Source: an uncultured beta proteobacterium
GTDB lineage: Bacteria; Pseudomonadota; Gammaproteobacteria; Burkholderiales; Casimicrobiaceae
Length of the DNA: 64,000 nucleotides
Direction: 5' to 3'
Assembly: GCA_963847585.1 (NCBI GenBank)
Contig: CAWKAQ010000011.1
Span: forward strand, 89,771-153,770
Numbering within the stretch: position 1 is the stretch's first letter; every line of letters begins with the position of its first letter. The notes beneath the pieces were generated by a model. It worked only from the letters and a program-made list of their open reading frames with translations, did not search any database and was not told the origin of the DNA. This document shows positions 10,548 through 30,318 of this stretch, in pieces. The translations under genes and the position numbers were made by a program.

Positions 10548-11255
10548 ATGGCCGCGCGCTTAGGCACTTCGATTCTGGTCGTCGAGGACGAACCGGCGAT
10601 CCAGGAGCTGCTTCGACTGAGCCTGGGTGAAGCCGGCTTCGACGTGCACGCGGTCGCCGACGCCGAGGGAGCGCACGCGGAGATCCGCCGCGCGTTGCCC
10701 GACCTTGTCCTCCTGGACTGGATGTTGCCCGGCCAGTCCGGACTGGCGCTGGCGCGCACGCTGCGCGCCGATGCGCGCACGCGCGAGCTGCCGATCATCA
10801 TGCTGACCGCGCGCGGCGACGAGACGGACAGGGTCGCCGGGCTCGAGGCCTGGGTCGACGATTACGTGACCAAGCCGTTTTCCCCGCGCGAGCTGCAGGC
10901 GCGGATCAAGTCGGTGCTGCGCCGGCGCGCACCCGAGGCAGCGCAGGAAATGCTGGCTATCGGCGCGTTGCAGCTCGACCCCGCCGCCCATCGCGTCACC
11001 GCCGCCGGCGCGGCGGTCGATCTCGGGCCGACTGAGTTCCGTCTGCTCAAGTTCCTGATGGCGCGGCCGGACCGCGTGCATACGCGCACGCAACTGCTCG
11101 ATCAAGTCTGGGGTGATCACGTGTACATCGAGGAGCGCACGATCGATGTCCACATCCGCCGCCTGCGGCTCGCGCTCGAGCCGCACGGACAGGAGCACAT
11201 GATCGAAACCGTGCGCGGCACCGGATATCGGCTTGCCGCGGCCAAGCGTCCGTAG
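10548..11255 (+). CDS. phoB: phosphate regulon response regulator
   Basis: ATG at 10548, 4 nt after the phoU stop. Receiver domain ILVVEDEPAIQELL and LVLLDWMLPG, winged-helix TEFRLLKFLMARPDRVHTRTQLLDQVWG and TVRGTGYRL. Confidence 0.9.
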   Translation: MAARLGTSILVVEDEPAIQELLRLSLGEAGFDVHAVADAEGAHAEIRRALPDLVLLDWMLPGQSGLALARTLRADARTRELPIIMLTARGDETDRVAGLEAWVDDYVTKPFSPRELQARIKSVLRRRAPEAAQEMLAIGALQLDPAAHRVTAAGAAVDLGPTEFRLLKFLMARPDRVHTRTQLLDQVWGDHVYIEERTIDVHIRRLRLALEPHGQEHMIETVRGTGYRLAAAKRP

Positions 11256-11306
11256 GCGGGCCGCGGACGGCGGTGCGCTGCGCGTGTCGCCGCGGCGGAA
11301 GCGGCG

Positions 11307-12674
11307 ATGAGCCCGGTGTGGCTGAGCGGTCTCGCGGCGGTGGCGCTGGTGGCGCTCGCGGCGTTGATCGCGGGGCTATCCGGCGGCGCGGGCGCCGCCT
11401 GTGCGGTGGTCGCCATCGGCGCGATCGTGGTCGTCGGATGGCATCTGTTGCAGCTCGACCGCCTGCTGCGCTGGGCAGCGGGGCCGATCGATGCGCAGGT
11501 CCCCGAAGGCCGCGGCGCCTGGGGCCGCGTCTTCACCGCGCTCTACCGACGAATGCGCCTGCGCTCGGCGCGGCAGCGCGACTTGAGGCTCGCTCTCGAA
11601 CGCTTCGAAAGCGGCGCGGAAGCGATGCCGGAAGGCGTCGTCGTGCTCGACGGCAACAACCGCATCGAGTGGGCCAACTCGCGCGCCGAGCGGCATCTGG
11701 GCATCGACGGCAGGAAGGACCGCGGCGCGCCTATTGTCAATCTCGTGCGCCAGCCAGCGTTCGTCCACTACCTGGCCGGCGGCGAGACCGGCGAGCCGCT
11801 GGTGCTGCAGTCGGCGCGCGACAGCCGCGCTGACCTTGTCGCTGCAGATCGTTCCGTTCGGCGTCGAGGAAAAGCTGCTGATGAGCCGCGACATCACCCG
11901 GCTGGAAGCGGTGGCGCGGGTGCGCCGCGACTTCATCGCCAATGTCTCGCACGAGCTCAAGACGCCGCTGACCGTGCTGTCGGGCTTCATCGAGACGCTG
12001 GCCGACGTGCCGCTGGACGAGCCGCAGCGAAAGCGCTGTCTCGCCTTGATGGGCGACCAGGCGCAAAGCATGCAGCGCCTGGTCGACGACTTGCTGACCC
12101 TGTCGACGCTGGAAAGCGAGGAAAGCCCGCTACGCGAAACCGAGTTCGCGATCGTCCCGTTGCTGCTTGCGCTTTCGGCGGACGCGAAGGCCCTGTCCGC
12201 GGGCAGGCACGAAATTGCGTTGACGATCAACCATGCGGCAACGGTCCGCGGCAGCCGCGACGAGCTGGCGAGTGCATTCGGCAATCTGATCAGTAATGCG
12301 GTGCGGTACACGCCCGACGGCGGCCGTATCGCGCTCGACTGGCGCGTCAATCGAAAGCGGCGGCGAATTCAGCGTCGCCGACACCGGAATCGGCATCGCC
12401 GCCGAAGACATCCCACGGGTGACCGAGCGATTCTATCGCGTCGATCACAGCCGTTCGCGCGCGACCGGTGGCACCGGCCTTGGCCTGGCCATCGTCAAGC
12501 ACGTGCTGATGCGTCACCAGGGTGAGCTCCGGATCGAGAGCGAGCCGGAGCGAGGCAGCTGCTTCACGGCAAGGCTGCCGCTCCGCCGCGTCGTGGCCGA
12601 AAAGAGCGAGTTGCCCGCGCCGCGGCTGCCGAGGGCGCCGGCGAACCTCTACCAATATCTCATCGCCGCGCTGA
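11307..12674 (+). CDS. phoR: phosphate regulon sensor histidine kinase (frame breaks about 11823 and 12349; 3' end unresolved)
   Basis: N-terminal TM segment plus PAS-like region (ORF 11307..). H-box [16 protein letters not shown] (frame of ORF 11734..). N/G boxes [14 protein letters not shown] and [13 protein letters not shown] (frame of ORF 12296..). The last frame has no stop until 13072. The first stop in any frame is TGA 12672..12674, reachable by one more +1 shift, so the end coordinate is tentative. Confidence 0.7.
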
Positions 12675-13960
12675 ACAGGCTCTTCAGGTCGTCGCGCGAG
12701 ACGTCCTTCGGCGCATTGCGGATCACGCGGTATTGCGGCTCGGCGCCGGTCGCCAGCGCGTCGACGTCGGCGGCGCCGAAGCCCAGCGCCGCCAAGCCGT
12801 TGGGCATGCCGGCGGAGCGCATCAGCTCGACCACGCGCCCGGCGAGCGCCTCGCCCGCGTCGTCCGCGCCGGCGTCCGCGCGTATCGGCGCCCAGACAGT
12901 TCGCGGCGTGCAGATGGCGCTCCGGGCACGACGGCGCCGTGTATCGCCAGACCGACGGATTGTTGAGCACGACCGCCATGCCGTGCGGAACCAGCGTCTT
13001 GCCGGGCGGGTAGCCGGGCACATGGAAATCGCGCGCGAGTCCGGAGACCGCGTACGACAGTCCGTGCGGTAAATGGCAGCCCGCGGCGTTGAATGCGATC
13101 CCTGCCTGCATCGCCGCATACATCATTTCAGTGCGCGCCTCGATGTCGGCCGCATCGCTGACCGCGCGCACCAGGAACTTGCCGACCGCGCGCAGCGCCT
13201 CCGAGGCCAGGCCGTCGGAAAACGGATTCGCTCCCTGAGACACCGGCCGGCTCGCACCGCGGGCAGGATTCAGGCGGCGCGGCCACGCGCGCGCGGTCAG
13301 CGATTCGAGCGCGTGGCTCATGCAGTCGAAGCCGCTGGACGCGACGACGTTCGGCGGCAGCGTCGTGGTGACGTTCGGATCGACCAGCGCGACCGTCGGA
13401 ATCAGTCGGCGCGAAATGATGCCGGTCTTGGCGTTGATCTCGGTCAGATTGAAAATCGAGATGCCGGTCATCTCGGAGCCCGTACCCGATGTCGTCGGAC
13501 ACGCGATATGCGGCCGCAGCGCGCCGGGAACCCGCTGTCCGGCGCCGATAGGCGCATTGACGTAAGTCATGAATTCGGCCGGATACGTGGCGTAAAGATT
13601 CGCCGCCTTGCAGGTATCGAGCACCGAGCCGCCGCCGACCGAGACATAGCCGTCGAATTTGCCTTCGGCGGCGAAACGCGAGGCGGCCTGGAACGATGCC
13701 GTCGTCGGCTCGACCATCACCTCGTCGTAGATCGCCACGTCGATCTGCGCGGCGGACAGCGAGCTCATCACCGTCGCCAGGTGCTGCGACCTCGCAAGCG
13801 TCCCGTCGGTGAACAGCGCAACGCGCTTGAGTCCCAGGTCCTGCGCGTGGGCGCCGGCTTCGGCCAGGCAACCGGCGCCGAAGGTGAACGTAGGCATCCC
13901 GACGGTGAAAGCCTTGTCGCTGTCCGCGGTCAGCGCGAAGTCGGTATGGCAGCAGCTCAT
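12649..13960 (-). CDS. iron-containing alcohol dehydrogenase family oxidoreductase (frame break about 12877)
   Basis: ATG at 13960. [30 protein letters not shown] and [11 protein letters not shown] are typical of the Fe-ADH family. The C-terminal 90 aa continue in ORF 12649..13119 (...[19 protein letters not shown]...MRYW). Confidence 0.75.
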
Positions 13961-15586
13961 CGAATCTCCTTTACGGACGGGCCCGAAGCGTTGGCATCGC
14001 GCAGGATCAGATCGGCCGCCTTTTCGGCGATCATGATCACGGGCACATTGGTGTTGCCCGACGTCAGCGTCGGCATGATGCTGCAGTCGACCACGCGCAG
14101 GCCGTCGAGGCCGTGCACGCGCAATTCGGGATCGACCACCGCCTGGCGGTCGCGGGCGTCGCCCATCTTGCAGGTGCCGCTGGGATGGAAGATCGTTCCG
14201 CCGGTGTTCCGGGCGAATTCCAGCAGATCCGCGTCGGACTCGACCGCCGGCCCCGGCCGGTACTCGCACTTGACGTACGGCGAGAGCGCACCGGTTGCCG
14301 CAAGCCGGCGCGCAAGCCGGATGCCGGCAACCAGCGTCTCCCGGTCGGCTTGTGTCGACAGGTAATTCGCTTGCATCGCGGGCGCGGCCAGCGGATCGGC
14401 CGAGCGGATGCGCACCCATCCTCGCGATTGCGGGCGAAGCTGGCAGACCGACATCGTGAACCCGGAAAAGGCGTGTGTGGGCGAGCCGGCCATGTCGGAC
14501 GAAAGGGTCGCGATATGGAATTGCACGTCCGGCGTCGCTGCGTCCGGGCAGGCGCGCGCGAATATGCCGCCCTGGTTGATGCCGACGGCCATCGGTCCGT
14601 CGCGCGTGAACAGATAGTCGATACCCATGCCTATCGTGCGCCAGAAGCTGGCGAGGTCGTCGTTGGTCGTGATCGGCCGTGTGCATTCGTAGATGACGCG
14701 CGCCTGCAGATGGTCCTGCAGATTTTCGCCGACGCCGGGGAGCTCGTGCACGACGGGGATGTCGAAGCTGCGCAGAAGCGCCTCCGGTCCCACGCCGGAG
14801 AGTTGCAGCAGCTGCGGAGTCTGCACCGCACCGGCGCAGAGCAGGACTTCGCGGCGCGCGCGCGCGGTGTGCTCGTCGCCGCGTCGACGATAGCTGACGC
14901 CGCCGGCGCGGCGCCCGTTGAACGCGATCCGCGCCGCCTGCGTGCCGGTCTCGATGCGGAGGTTCTGCCGCCGCCGCGCCGGCTCGAGATAGGCGACGGC
15001 GGTGCTGCAGCGCCATCCGCGGCGGGTCGACAAATGATAATAGCCGGCGCCTTCCTGCGCCGCGCCGTTGAAATCGTCGTTGCGGGCGATGCCGAGCTCG
15101 CCGGCGCCTGCGATGACCGCATCGATCAATTCGTGCCTGCGGCCGATCGGCGAGCACCACAGCGGTCCGTCGCGTCCGTGATATGCCGGATCGCCGCCAA
15201 CCGAGTGCTCGAGCGCGCTTGAAATAGGGCAGCACCTCGTCGTAGCTCCAGCCGGCGTTGCCCGCCGCCGCCCAGCGATCGTAATCTTCCCGCTGACCGC
15301 GCACATAGATCAGCCCGTTGATCGAGCTCGAGCCGCCGAGCGTCTTGCCGCGCGGCCAGTAGATCTTCCGGCCGTTCATGCCGGGATCGGGCTCGGTGTA
15401 GAAGCACCAGTTGTAGCGTGCGTCGAACATCGTTTTGGCGTAGCCGATCGGCACATGGATCCAGGGGTAGGTATCCGGCGGTCCCGCCTCGAGCAGCAGC
15501 ACCGAGTAGCGACCGTCGGCGGTCAGACGGTTGGCGAGCACGCAACCGGCCGATCCCGCGCCTACGATGATGTAGTCGTACTGCAT
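13957..15586 (-). CDS. GMC-family (choline dehydrogenase-like) FAD oxidoreductase (frame break about 15212)
   Basis: N-terminus [22 protein letters not shown] and [14 protein letters not shown] (upper frame). The remainder is in ORF 13957..15306 ([27 protein letters not shown]). Its TGA overlaps the ATG of the downstream Fe-ADH gene (ATGA at 13960..13957). Confidence 0.8.
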
Positions 15587-15662
15587 TCGGCGGATTCTAC
15601 GCAAGCATGGCCGCGCGGGCGCCAGTGCGGCGCGCAGTAATCCGGGCAAAACGAGGCCTGGT

Positions 15663-15692
15663 TTGACACTTGGGAATGGAAATTGCTAAACT
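15663..15692 (+). promoter_or_regulatory. sigma70-type promoter of the tRNA-tuf operon
   Basis: TTGACA (15663..15668), an 18-nt spacer, then TAAACT (15687..15692), about 20 nt upstream of the first tRNA. Confidence 0.45.
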
Positions 15693-15713
15693 ATGCGGTT
15701 TCCCGGTTTCGAC

Positions 15714-15798
<85 letters not shown>

Positions 15799-15924
15799 GC
15801 GAAGAATTCAGGGGTCAGAAGACAGGGGATGGACAGGCGACGGAAAGTTAAGCTTAAGCGGGCTTGGGTGCGGGCGGAACGGTTATTTCGGGTTGGCGAC
15901 ATCTGAATTCTCAATTCCTGAATC

Positions 15925-15998
15925 GCGGGTGTAGCTCAATGGTAGAGCAGAAGCCTTCCAAGCTTATGACGAGGGTTCGATTCCCTTCACCCGCTCCA
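15925..15998 (+). tRNA. tRNA-Gly (anticodon TCC)
   Basis: Acceptor stem GCGGGTG/CACCCGC, D-arm GCTCAATGGTAGAGC, anticodon loop CTTCCAA, T-arm GGGTTCGATTCCC, encoded CCA. Confidence 0.9.
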
Positions 15999-16096
15999 GA
16001 ATTTGCCCTTTTCCGGTCATCGGTGCGGCAAGGAGCGGTTCGACGGCATTCGCGGCAGCTCGCATGGGCGGGGTCGCTCGAAAGGTAGCAGGCGGC

Positions 16097-16171
<75 letters not shown>

Positions 16172-16236
16172 CGGACTGTACGCGGTAAGAAGAGCGCATC
16201 GGCGGGCGAAAGAACAGACAGCAAGGAGCAACAATC

Positions 16237-17432
<1,196 letters not shown>

Positions 17433-17463
17433 GGAGCGCGGTTAAGGATCGGCAACGACTAAT

Positions 17464-17539
17464 AGGCCAGTAGCTCAATTGGCAGAGCGGCGGTCTCCAA
17501 AACCGCAGGTTGGGGGTTCGATTCCCTCCTGGCCTGCCA
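17464..17539 (+). tRNA. tRNA-Trp (anticodon CCA)
   Basis: Acceptor stem AGGCCAG/CTGGCCT, anticodon stem-loop GCGGT-CTCCAAA-ACCGC, T-arm GGGTTCGATTCCC, encoded CCA. It occupies the classical position between tuf and secE. Confidence 0.9.
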
Positions 17540-17662
17540 CCGGAAGGTGGCGGCGCGGAGCAAGGGCGATGAATCGGGACGATGAACGTTGCAACGACAG
17601 GTGCCGGCGGCCGGCGCCATGTTGAACGCGGGCCGCAGAATTCTGTCATCACAAAGGTAACG

Positions 17663-18014
17663 ATGCTGGACAAGATCAAATTGGCCCTGGCGGCGGCGCT
17701 GGTTGTCGCAGGAGTGTGGGGCTTCTACCACTTCAGCGACACCGCGTCGGTGCTGCGCGTGCTGATGGTGCTCGGCGGCCTGCTGGCCGCCGGCGGCGTT
17801 GCCTGGCTGAGCGAGCCGGGCAAGCAGCTTGTTCGCCTTCGGCCAGGAGGCATGGGCCGAGGCGGCGAAGGTTTCGTGGCCGACCCGCAAGGAAACGCTG
17901 CAGACGACGCTGATCGTTTTCGCCTTTGTCGTCGTCATGGCGATTTTCCTGTTCGCCGTCGATTCGTCGCTGGCGTGGATGGTCAAGCTGGCAACCGGGC
18001 GGAGCGAGGGATGA
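17663..18014 (+). CDS. secE: preprotein translocase subunit SecE (+1 break at 17831)
   Basis: [24 protein letters not shown]... then [44 protein letters not shown] (ORF 17829..18014). Its TGA overlaps the nusG ATG (ATGA at 18011..18014). Confidence 0.8.
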
Positions 18015-18547
18015 GCGACAAGAAATGGTTTGTCGTGCACGCCTACTCGGGCTTCGAGAAAAGCGTGCAGCGCGCGCTGACCGAGCGCATCAAGCGCTCG
18101 GAGCTGGGCGAGCAGTTCGGCAAGATCCTGGTCCCGGTCGAGGAAGTCGTCGAGATGAAGAACGGCGCCAAGGCGATCTCCGAGCGCAAGTTCTTTCCGG
18201 GCTACGTGCTGGTCGAGATGGAGATGACCGACGACACCTGGCATCTGGTGAAGAGTACGCCGAAGGTGACTGGTTTCGTCGGCGGCACGGCGAACAAGCC
18301 GACGCCGATCACGCAAAAGGAAGTCGACGCGATCCTGCGGCAGGTGCAGGAAGGCGTCGAGAAGCCGCGCCCGAAGGTGCTGTTCGAAATGGGCGAGGCG
18401 GTGCGGGTCAAGGAAGGACCGTTCACCGACTTTCACGGCAACGTGGAGGATGTGAACTACGAGAAGAGCAAGCTGCGCGTGTCGGTCACGATTTTCGGCC
18501 GGTCGACGCCGGTGGAGCTGGATTTTTCGCAGGTCGAGAAGGCTTGA
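18011..18547 (+). CDS. nusG: transcription termination/antitermination factor NusG
   Basis: [23 protein letters not shown]..., [11 protein letters not shown], and the KOW region [43 protein letters not shown]. Confidence 0.95.
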   Translation: MSDKKWFVVHAYSGFEKSVQRALTERIKRSELGEQFGKILVPVEEVVEMKNGAKAISERKFFPGYVLVEMEMTDDTWHLVKSTPKVTGFVGGTANKPTPITQKEVDAILRQVQEGVEKPRPKVLFEMGEAVRVKEGPFTDFHGNVEDVNYEKSKLRVSVTIFGRSTPVELDFSQVEKA

Positions 18548-18684
18548 TATGTCAGTGCGCGTGGCGCTATCTGTCTGAGCGTCAGCTACGCCGACGCTCA
18601 ATCCGGACGGGCTCGTGCTGAACGGGGCTTTGATGTAACCGGGGAGGGCGCAACGCGTCCGCTTGCACCCACCAGGAGTAGGCA

Positions 18685-19119
18685 ATGGCAAAGAAAATCG
18701 TCGGTTACATCAAGTTGCAGGTGCCGGCGGGCAAGGCGAATCCGAGCCCGCCGATCGGGCCGGCGCTGGGCCAGCGCGGCCTCAACATCATGGAGTTCTG
18801 CAAGGCGTTCAATGCGCAGACGCAGAAGCTCGAAGCCGGTCTGCCGATTCCGGTGGTGATCACGGCGTTCGCCGACAAGAGCTTCACCTTCGTGATGAAG
18901 ACGCCGCCTGCGACGGTGCTGATCAAGAAGGCGGCCAAAGTCGACAAGGGCAGCCCGAAGCCGCACACCGACAAGGTCGGCAAGCTGACCCGGGCGCAGG
19001 CCGAAGAGATCGCAAGGACGAAGACCCCGGATCTGACCGCAGGCGATCTCGACGCCGCCGTGCGGACGATCGCGGGAAGCGCCCGCAGCATGGGCATCAC
19101 CGTCGAAGGGGTGAAGTGA
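18685..19119 (+). CDS. rplK: 50S ribosomal protein L11
   Basis: 144-aa [46 protein letters not shown]. Confidence 0.95.
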   Translation: MAKKIVGYIKLQVPAGKANPSPPIGPALGQRGLNIMEFCKAFNAQTQKLEAGLPIPVVITAFADKSFTFVMKTPPATVLIKKAAKVDKGSPKPHTDKVGKLTRAQAEEIARTKTPDLTAGDLDAAVRTIAGSARSMGITVEGVK

Positions 19120-19121
19120 TC

Positions 19122-19857
19122 ATGGCGACGACAGCGAACAAGGACACCCCGCATCTTTCCAAGCGCATGAAGGTGGTGCGCGGCAAGATCGATCACGTCA
19201 AAGTCGTACCCGATCGACGAGGCGCTGAAGCTCGTCAAGGAAACGGCGACCGCCAAATTCGACGAGTCGGTCGACGTCGCCGTCAACCTTGGCGTCGACG
19301 CCAAGAAGTCGGACCAGACGGTGCGCGGCTCGGTCGTGCTGCCGGCCGGCACCGGCAAGAAGGTTCGCGTCGCCGTGTTCGCGCAGGGCGACAAGGCCAA
19401 GATCGCCACCGAAGCGGGCGCCGACATCGTCGGTTTCGACGATCTCGCGGCCAAGGTCAAGGAAGGCTTCATGGACTTCGACGTCGTGATCGCGACGCCG
19501 GACGCGATGAAGGTCGTCGGCCAGCTCGGCCAGATCCTGGGTCCGCGCGGCCTGATGCCGAACCCGAAGGTCGGCACCGTTTCTGCCGACGTCGGCACGG
19601 CGGTCAAGAACGCCAAGGCGGGTCAGGTGCAGTATCGCACCGACAAGGCCGGCATCATCCAGTGCACGATCGGGCGCGCGTCGTTTACGCCCGATCAGCT
19701 CAAGACGAATCTCATGGCGCTGATCGAGGCGCTGAACAAGTCGAGACCGCAGGGCACCAAGGGGATTTATCTGAAGAAGATCAGTCTCTCGAGCACGATG
19801 GGTGCCGGCGTGCGGGTCGACTCTTCGGTGTTCGGTCAGCAGCAGACGCACGCGTAA
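19122..19857 (+). CDS. rplA: 50S ribosomal protein L1 (+1 break at about 19206)
   Basis: [28 protein letters not shown], then [41 protein letters not shown]... (frame of ORF 19321..19857). Confidence 0.9.
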
Positions 19858-20132
19858 GCGAAGCGAGGCAAGAAACGAATTTGAGGGAACGCCGAACGGG
19901 CGAGGCGGGGTTGGATGCACCAACCTCATTTCGCCGGTGCGGCGCGCCGTCAAAGACCGCAGGAGCGAAGGCTTAAAACGGGTTGCGAAAGACCCGATCC
20001 GGCGATAGATGGTGTCCCGAAGACAGGATTTTTCCTGACGTAAGGTCACCGCGGGAACCGTTCGGAAACGTTCGGACGGCGTGGAATCGGCGGCGGCAGG
20101 TGGCCGCGGTTCCGAAATGATGGAGGCAGACC
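19858..20132 (+). promoter_or_regulatory. rplJ 5' leader (candidate L10/L12 autoregulatory leader)
   Basis: A 275-nt non-coding spacer between rplA and rplJ, at the position where proteobacteria carry the L10 leader. I did not fold it. Confidence 0.35.
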
Positions 20133-20657
20133 TTGGGTCTTAATCTGGAGCAGAAGCAAACGGTAGTCGCCGAAGTGGCGAAGCAGGTTGCCGGCGCGCA
20201 AGCGATCGTCCTGGCCGAGAACCGCGGCATGGCGGTGGCCGCGATGACGCAGCTGCGGGCCAGGGCACGGGCATCCGGCGTGTATTTCAGGGTGGTCAAA
20301 AACACCCTGGTGCGCCGGGCAGTCGCCGACACGCCGTTCGCCTCGCTGGCCGACAAGATGGTCGGTCCGCTGGCGTATGGCATCGGCGCCGATCCCGTCG
20401 CCGTGGCGAAGGTGCTGAACGACTTCGCCAAAGGCAACGAGAAGTTCGTCATTGCGGGCGGTGCGATGCCCGGGCAGCTGATGTCGGCCAAGGAGATTTC
20501 CGCCTTGGCCTCGCTGCCTTCGCGCGAGGAATTGATCGCCAGACTGCTCGGCACGATGCAGGCGCCGATCGTCAAGCTGGTCCGGACGATGAACGAGGTT
20601 CCGGGCAAGTTCGTGCGGACGCTCGCCGCGGTGCGCGATGCCAAGGCTGCCGGCTAA
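20133..20657 (+). CDS. rplJ: 50S ribosomal protein L10
   Basis: TTG start 6 nt after [45 protein letters not shown]. Confidence 0.9.
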   Translation: MGLNLEQKQTVVAEVAKQVAGAQAIVLAENRGMAVAAMTQLRARARASGVYFRVVKNTLVRRAVADTPFASLADKMVGPLAYGIGADPVAVAKVLNDFAKGNEKFVIAGGAMPGQLMSAKEISALASLPSREELIARLLGTMQAPIVKLVRTMNEVPGKFVRTLAAVRDAKAAG

Positions 20658-20707
20658 GCCGGCGCAACGACTACCGAATATTCAACCTTACGATTCAGGA
20701 GAACGAA

Positions 20708-21085
20708 ATGGCTGTTCAACAAGTGGAAATCCTCGACAAGATCGCGTCGATGACCGTGCTCGAGCTCTCCGAGCTCATCAAGGCGATGGAAGAGAAGTTC
20801 GGCGTATCTGCTGCCGCTGCCGTGGCGGCCGCTGCACCCGCCGCCGCCGCCGCGGCGCCGGCCGCCGAGGAGCAGACCGAGTTCACCGTCGTGCTGACGG
20901 CGATCGGCGACAACAAGGTCAACGTGATCAAGGCCGTGCGCGAAATCACCGGGCTGGGCCTCAAGGAAGCCAAGGACCTGGTCGACGGCGCGCCGAAGCC
21001 GGTCAAGGAAGGCATCAACAAGGCCGATGCCGAAGCGGCCAAAAAGAAGCTGGATGACGCCGGCGGCAAAGCGGAAATTAAGTAA
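20708..21085 (+). CDS. rplL: 50S ribosomal protein L7/L12
   Basis: 125-aa ORF with an Ala-rich hinge, then [32 protein letters not shown]. Confidence 0.95.
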   Translation: MAVQQVEILDKIASMTVLELSELIKAMEEKFGVSAAAAVAAAAPAAAAAAPAAEEQTEFTVVLTAIGDNKVNVIKAVREITGLGLKEAKDLVDGAPKPVKEGINKADAEAAKKKLDDAGGKAEIK

Positions 21086-21540
21086 CGCGAGTAAGCGCGG
21101 AGCAGGGGCCCCGCGTAGCGGGGATGCGACCGCGAACGAGCGCACCGGCAAGCATAGCGGGGAATGACGCAAAACCGGGTCCGCTGAAACATGATGCAAG
21201 CATGAGCGGTGGGTCCGCCAAAAGCGGGTCCATCGCCTTCGTCTCGGGGAGCGCGCAAGCGCTTCCAGATGCCGAAGACAAGCGAGTCAGCGGCGCCTCT
21301 TGAAAGCCCTCGAGGCGGCCGCATATAGGCTTGCTTATCTTCGTCTTCTGAACCGACTGCAGAAGACAGGTTTGGTCGGACGGTGCAGCAGGCCGTCGTC
21401 CGCCAGCGGTTGGTAGTGGCCAACCACCATCCCAAGGGGCGCAATGCCCCGCTTCAGTCGATGAACCAAGGTGACGAGCCGGCTGCTTTCTTAGCGGTTG
21501 CCGGCGCGCGCCCGAAACATCGCCCGAGAGGTCAAGGCCA

Positions 21541-25618
<4,078 letters not shown>

Positions 25619-25691
25619 TGCCAGCCTCGGCAACGGTTCTCACGGGATTTGCACAGTTGCAGCTCGGACACGGAATATTCGGGAGTAACGC

Positions 25692-29921
<4,230 letters not shown>

Positions 29922-29937
29922 CAGTGCAATCGTGACT

Positions 29938-29972
29938 AAAAAGCCGGCGGATCGATCCGCCGGCTTTTTTTT
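29938..29972 (+). terminator. rho-independent terminator after rpoC
   Basis: Perfect palindrome GCCGGCGGATC/GATCCGCCGGC (29943..29964) followed by T8 (29965..29972). An A5 tract precedes the stem, so it may act bidirectionally. Confidence 0.85.
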
Positions 29973-30039
29973 GCCGCCATTGCCCGACCGGAGCCCCTTT
30001 GAGCACTCCTGCGCCCCGGGTTTGGCGCGGTCGGATGCG

Positions 30040-30068
30040 TTGACATACCGAGCATAAGCCCTTAAAAT
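30040..30068 (+). promoter_or_regulatory. near-consensus sigma70 promoter upstream of rpsL
   Basis: TTGACA (30040..30045), a 17-nt spacer, then TAAAAT (30063..30068). Confidence 0.55.
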
Positions 30069-30190
30069 TGACGGTCTTTTCGCCCCTCACCGGGTTTTGG
30101 CTCGGCCTTGAAGCCGGGTGCCGGTGGGGCGCGCGTACCCGGCCGCATCGCCCCGTTGTTCGGGACCATGTCGGCCGAGGCGCAAGAAAG

Positions 30191-30228
30191 GTGGCCTGGG
30201 CAGACGATGCCGAGGCCACTTTGATTTA
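30191..30228 (+). terminator. terminator-like hairpin inside the rpsL leader (attenuator or end of a short transcript)
   Basis: GTGGCCTGGGCA-GACGA-TGCCGAGGCCAC is a 12-bp stem with one mismatch, followed by TTTGATTTAT. It lies about 120 nt downstream of the predicted start and 90 nt upstream of the rpsL ATG. Confidence 0.4.
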
Positions 30229-30318
30229 TGTGCTTCAAAAAATCGCGTCCGGAAAACGGTTTGCCGCGCTTGTCGGCATACCGGCCCGGGCGGTGGAAAA
30301 ACGAGCGGAACGGAAAGC

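Noticed and set aside
12347-15649. A 1100-aa ORF that looks like a giant GMC-oxidoreductase / alcohol-dehydrogenase fusion overlapping phoR.
   Set aside because: Only its first ~120 aa (GMC N-terminus) and a middle block (Fe-ADH) are protein-like. The rest is out-of-frame Arg/Pro-rich read-through. The real genes are two ORFs joined by an ATGA overlap at 13960..13957, each with one frame break.
17582-18547. A 321-aa ORF suggesting a SecE-NusG fusion.
   Set aside because: The SecE part leaves its frame at 17831, and its true C-terminus (ORF 17829..18014) stops with a TGA overlapping the nusG ATG. The fusion is a by-product of the extra base plus the lack of stops in GC-rich sequence.
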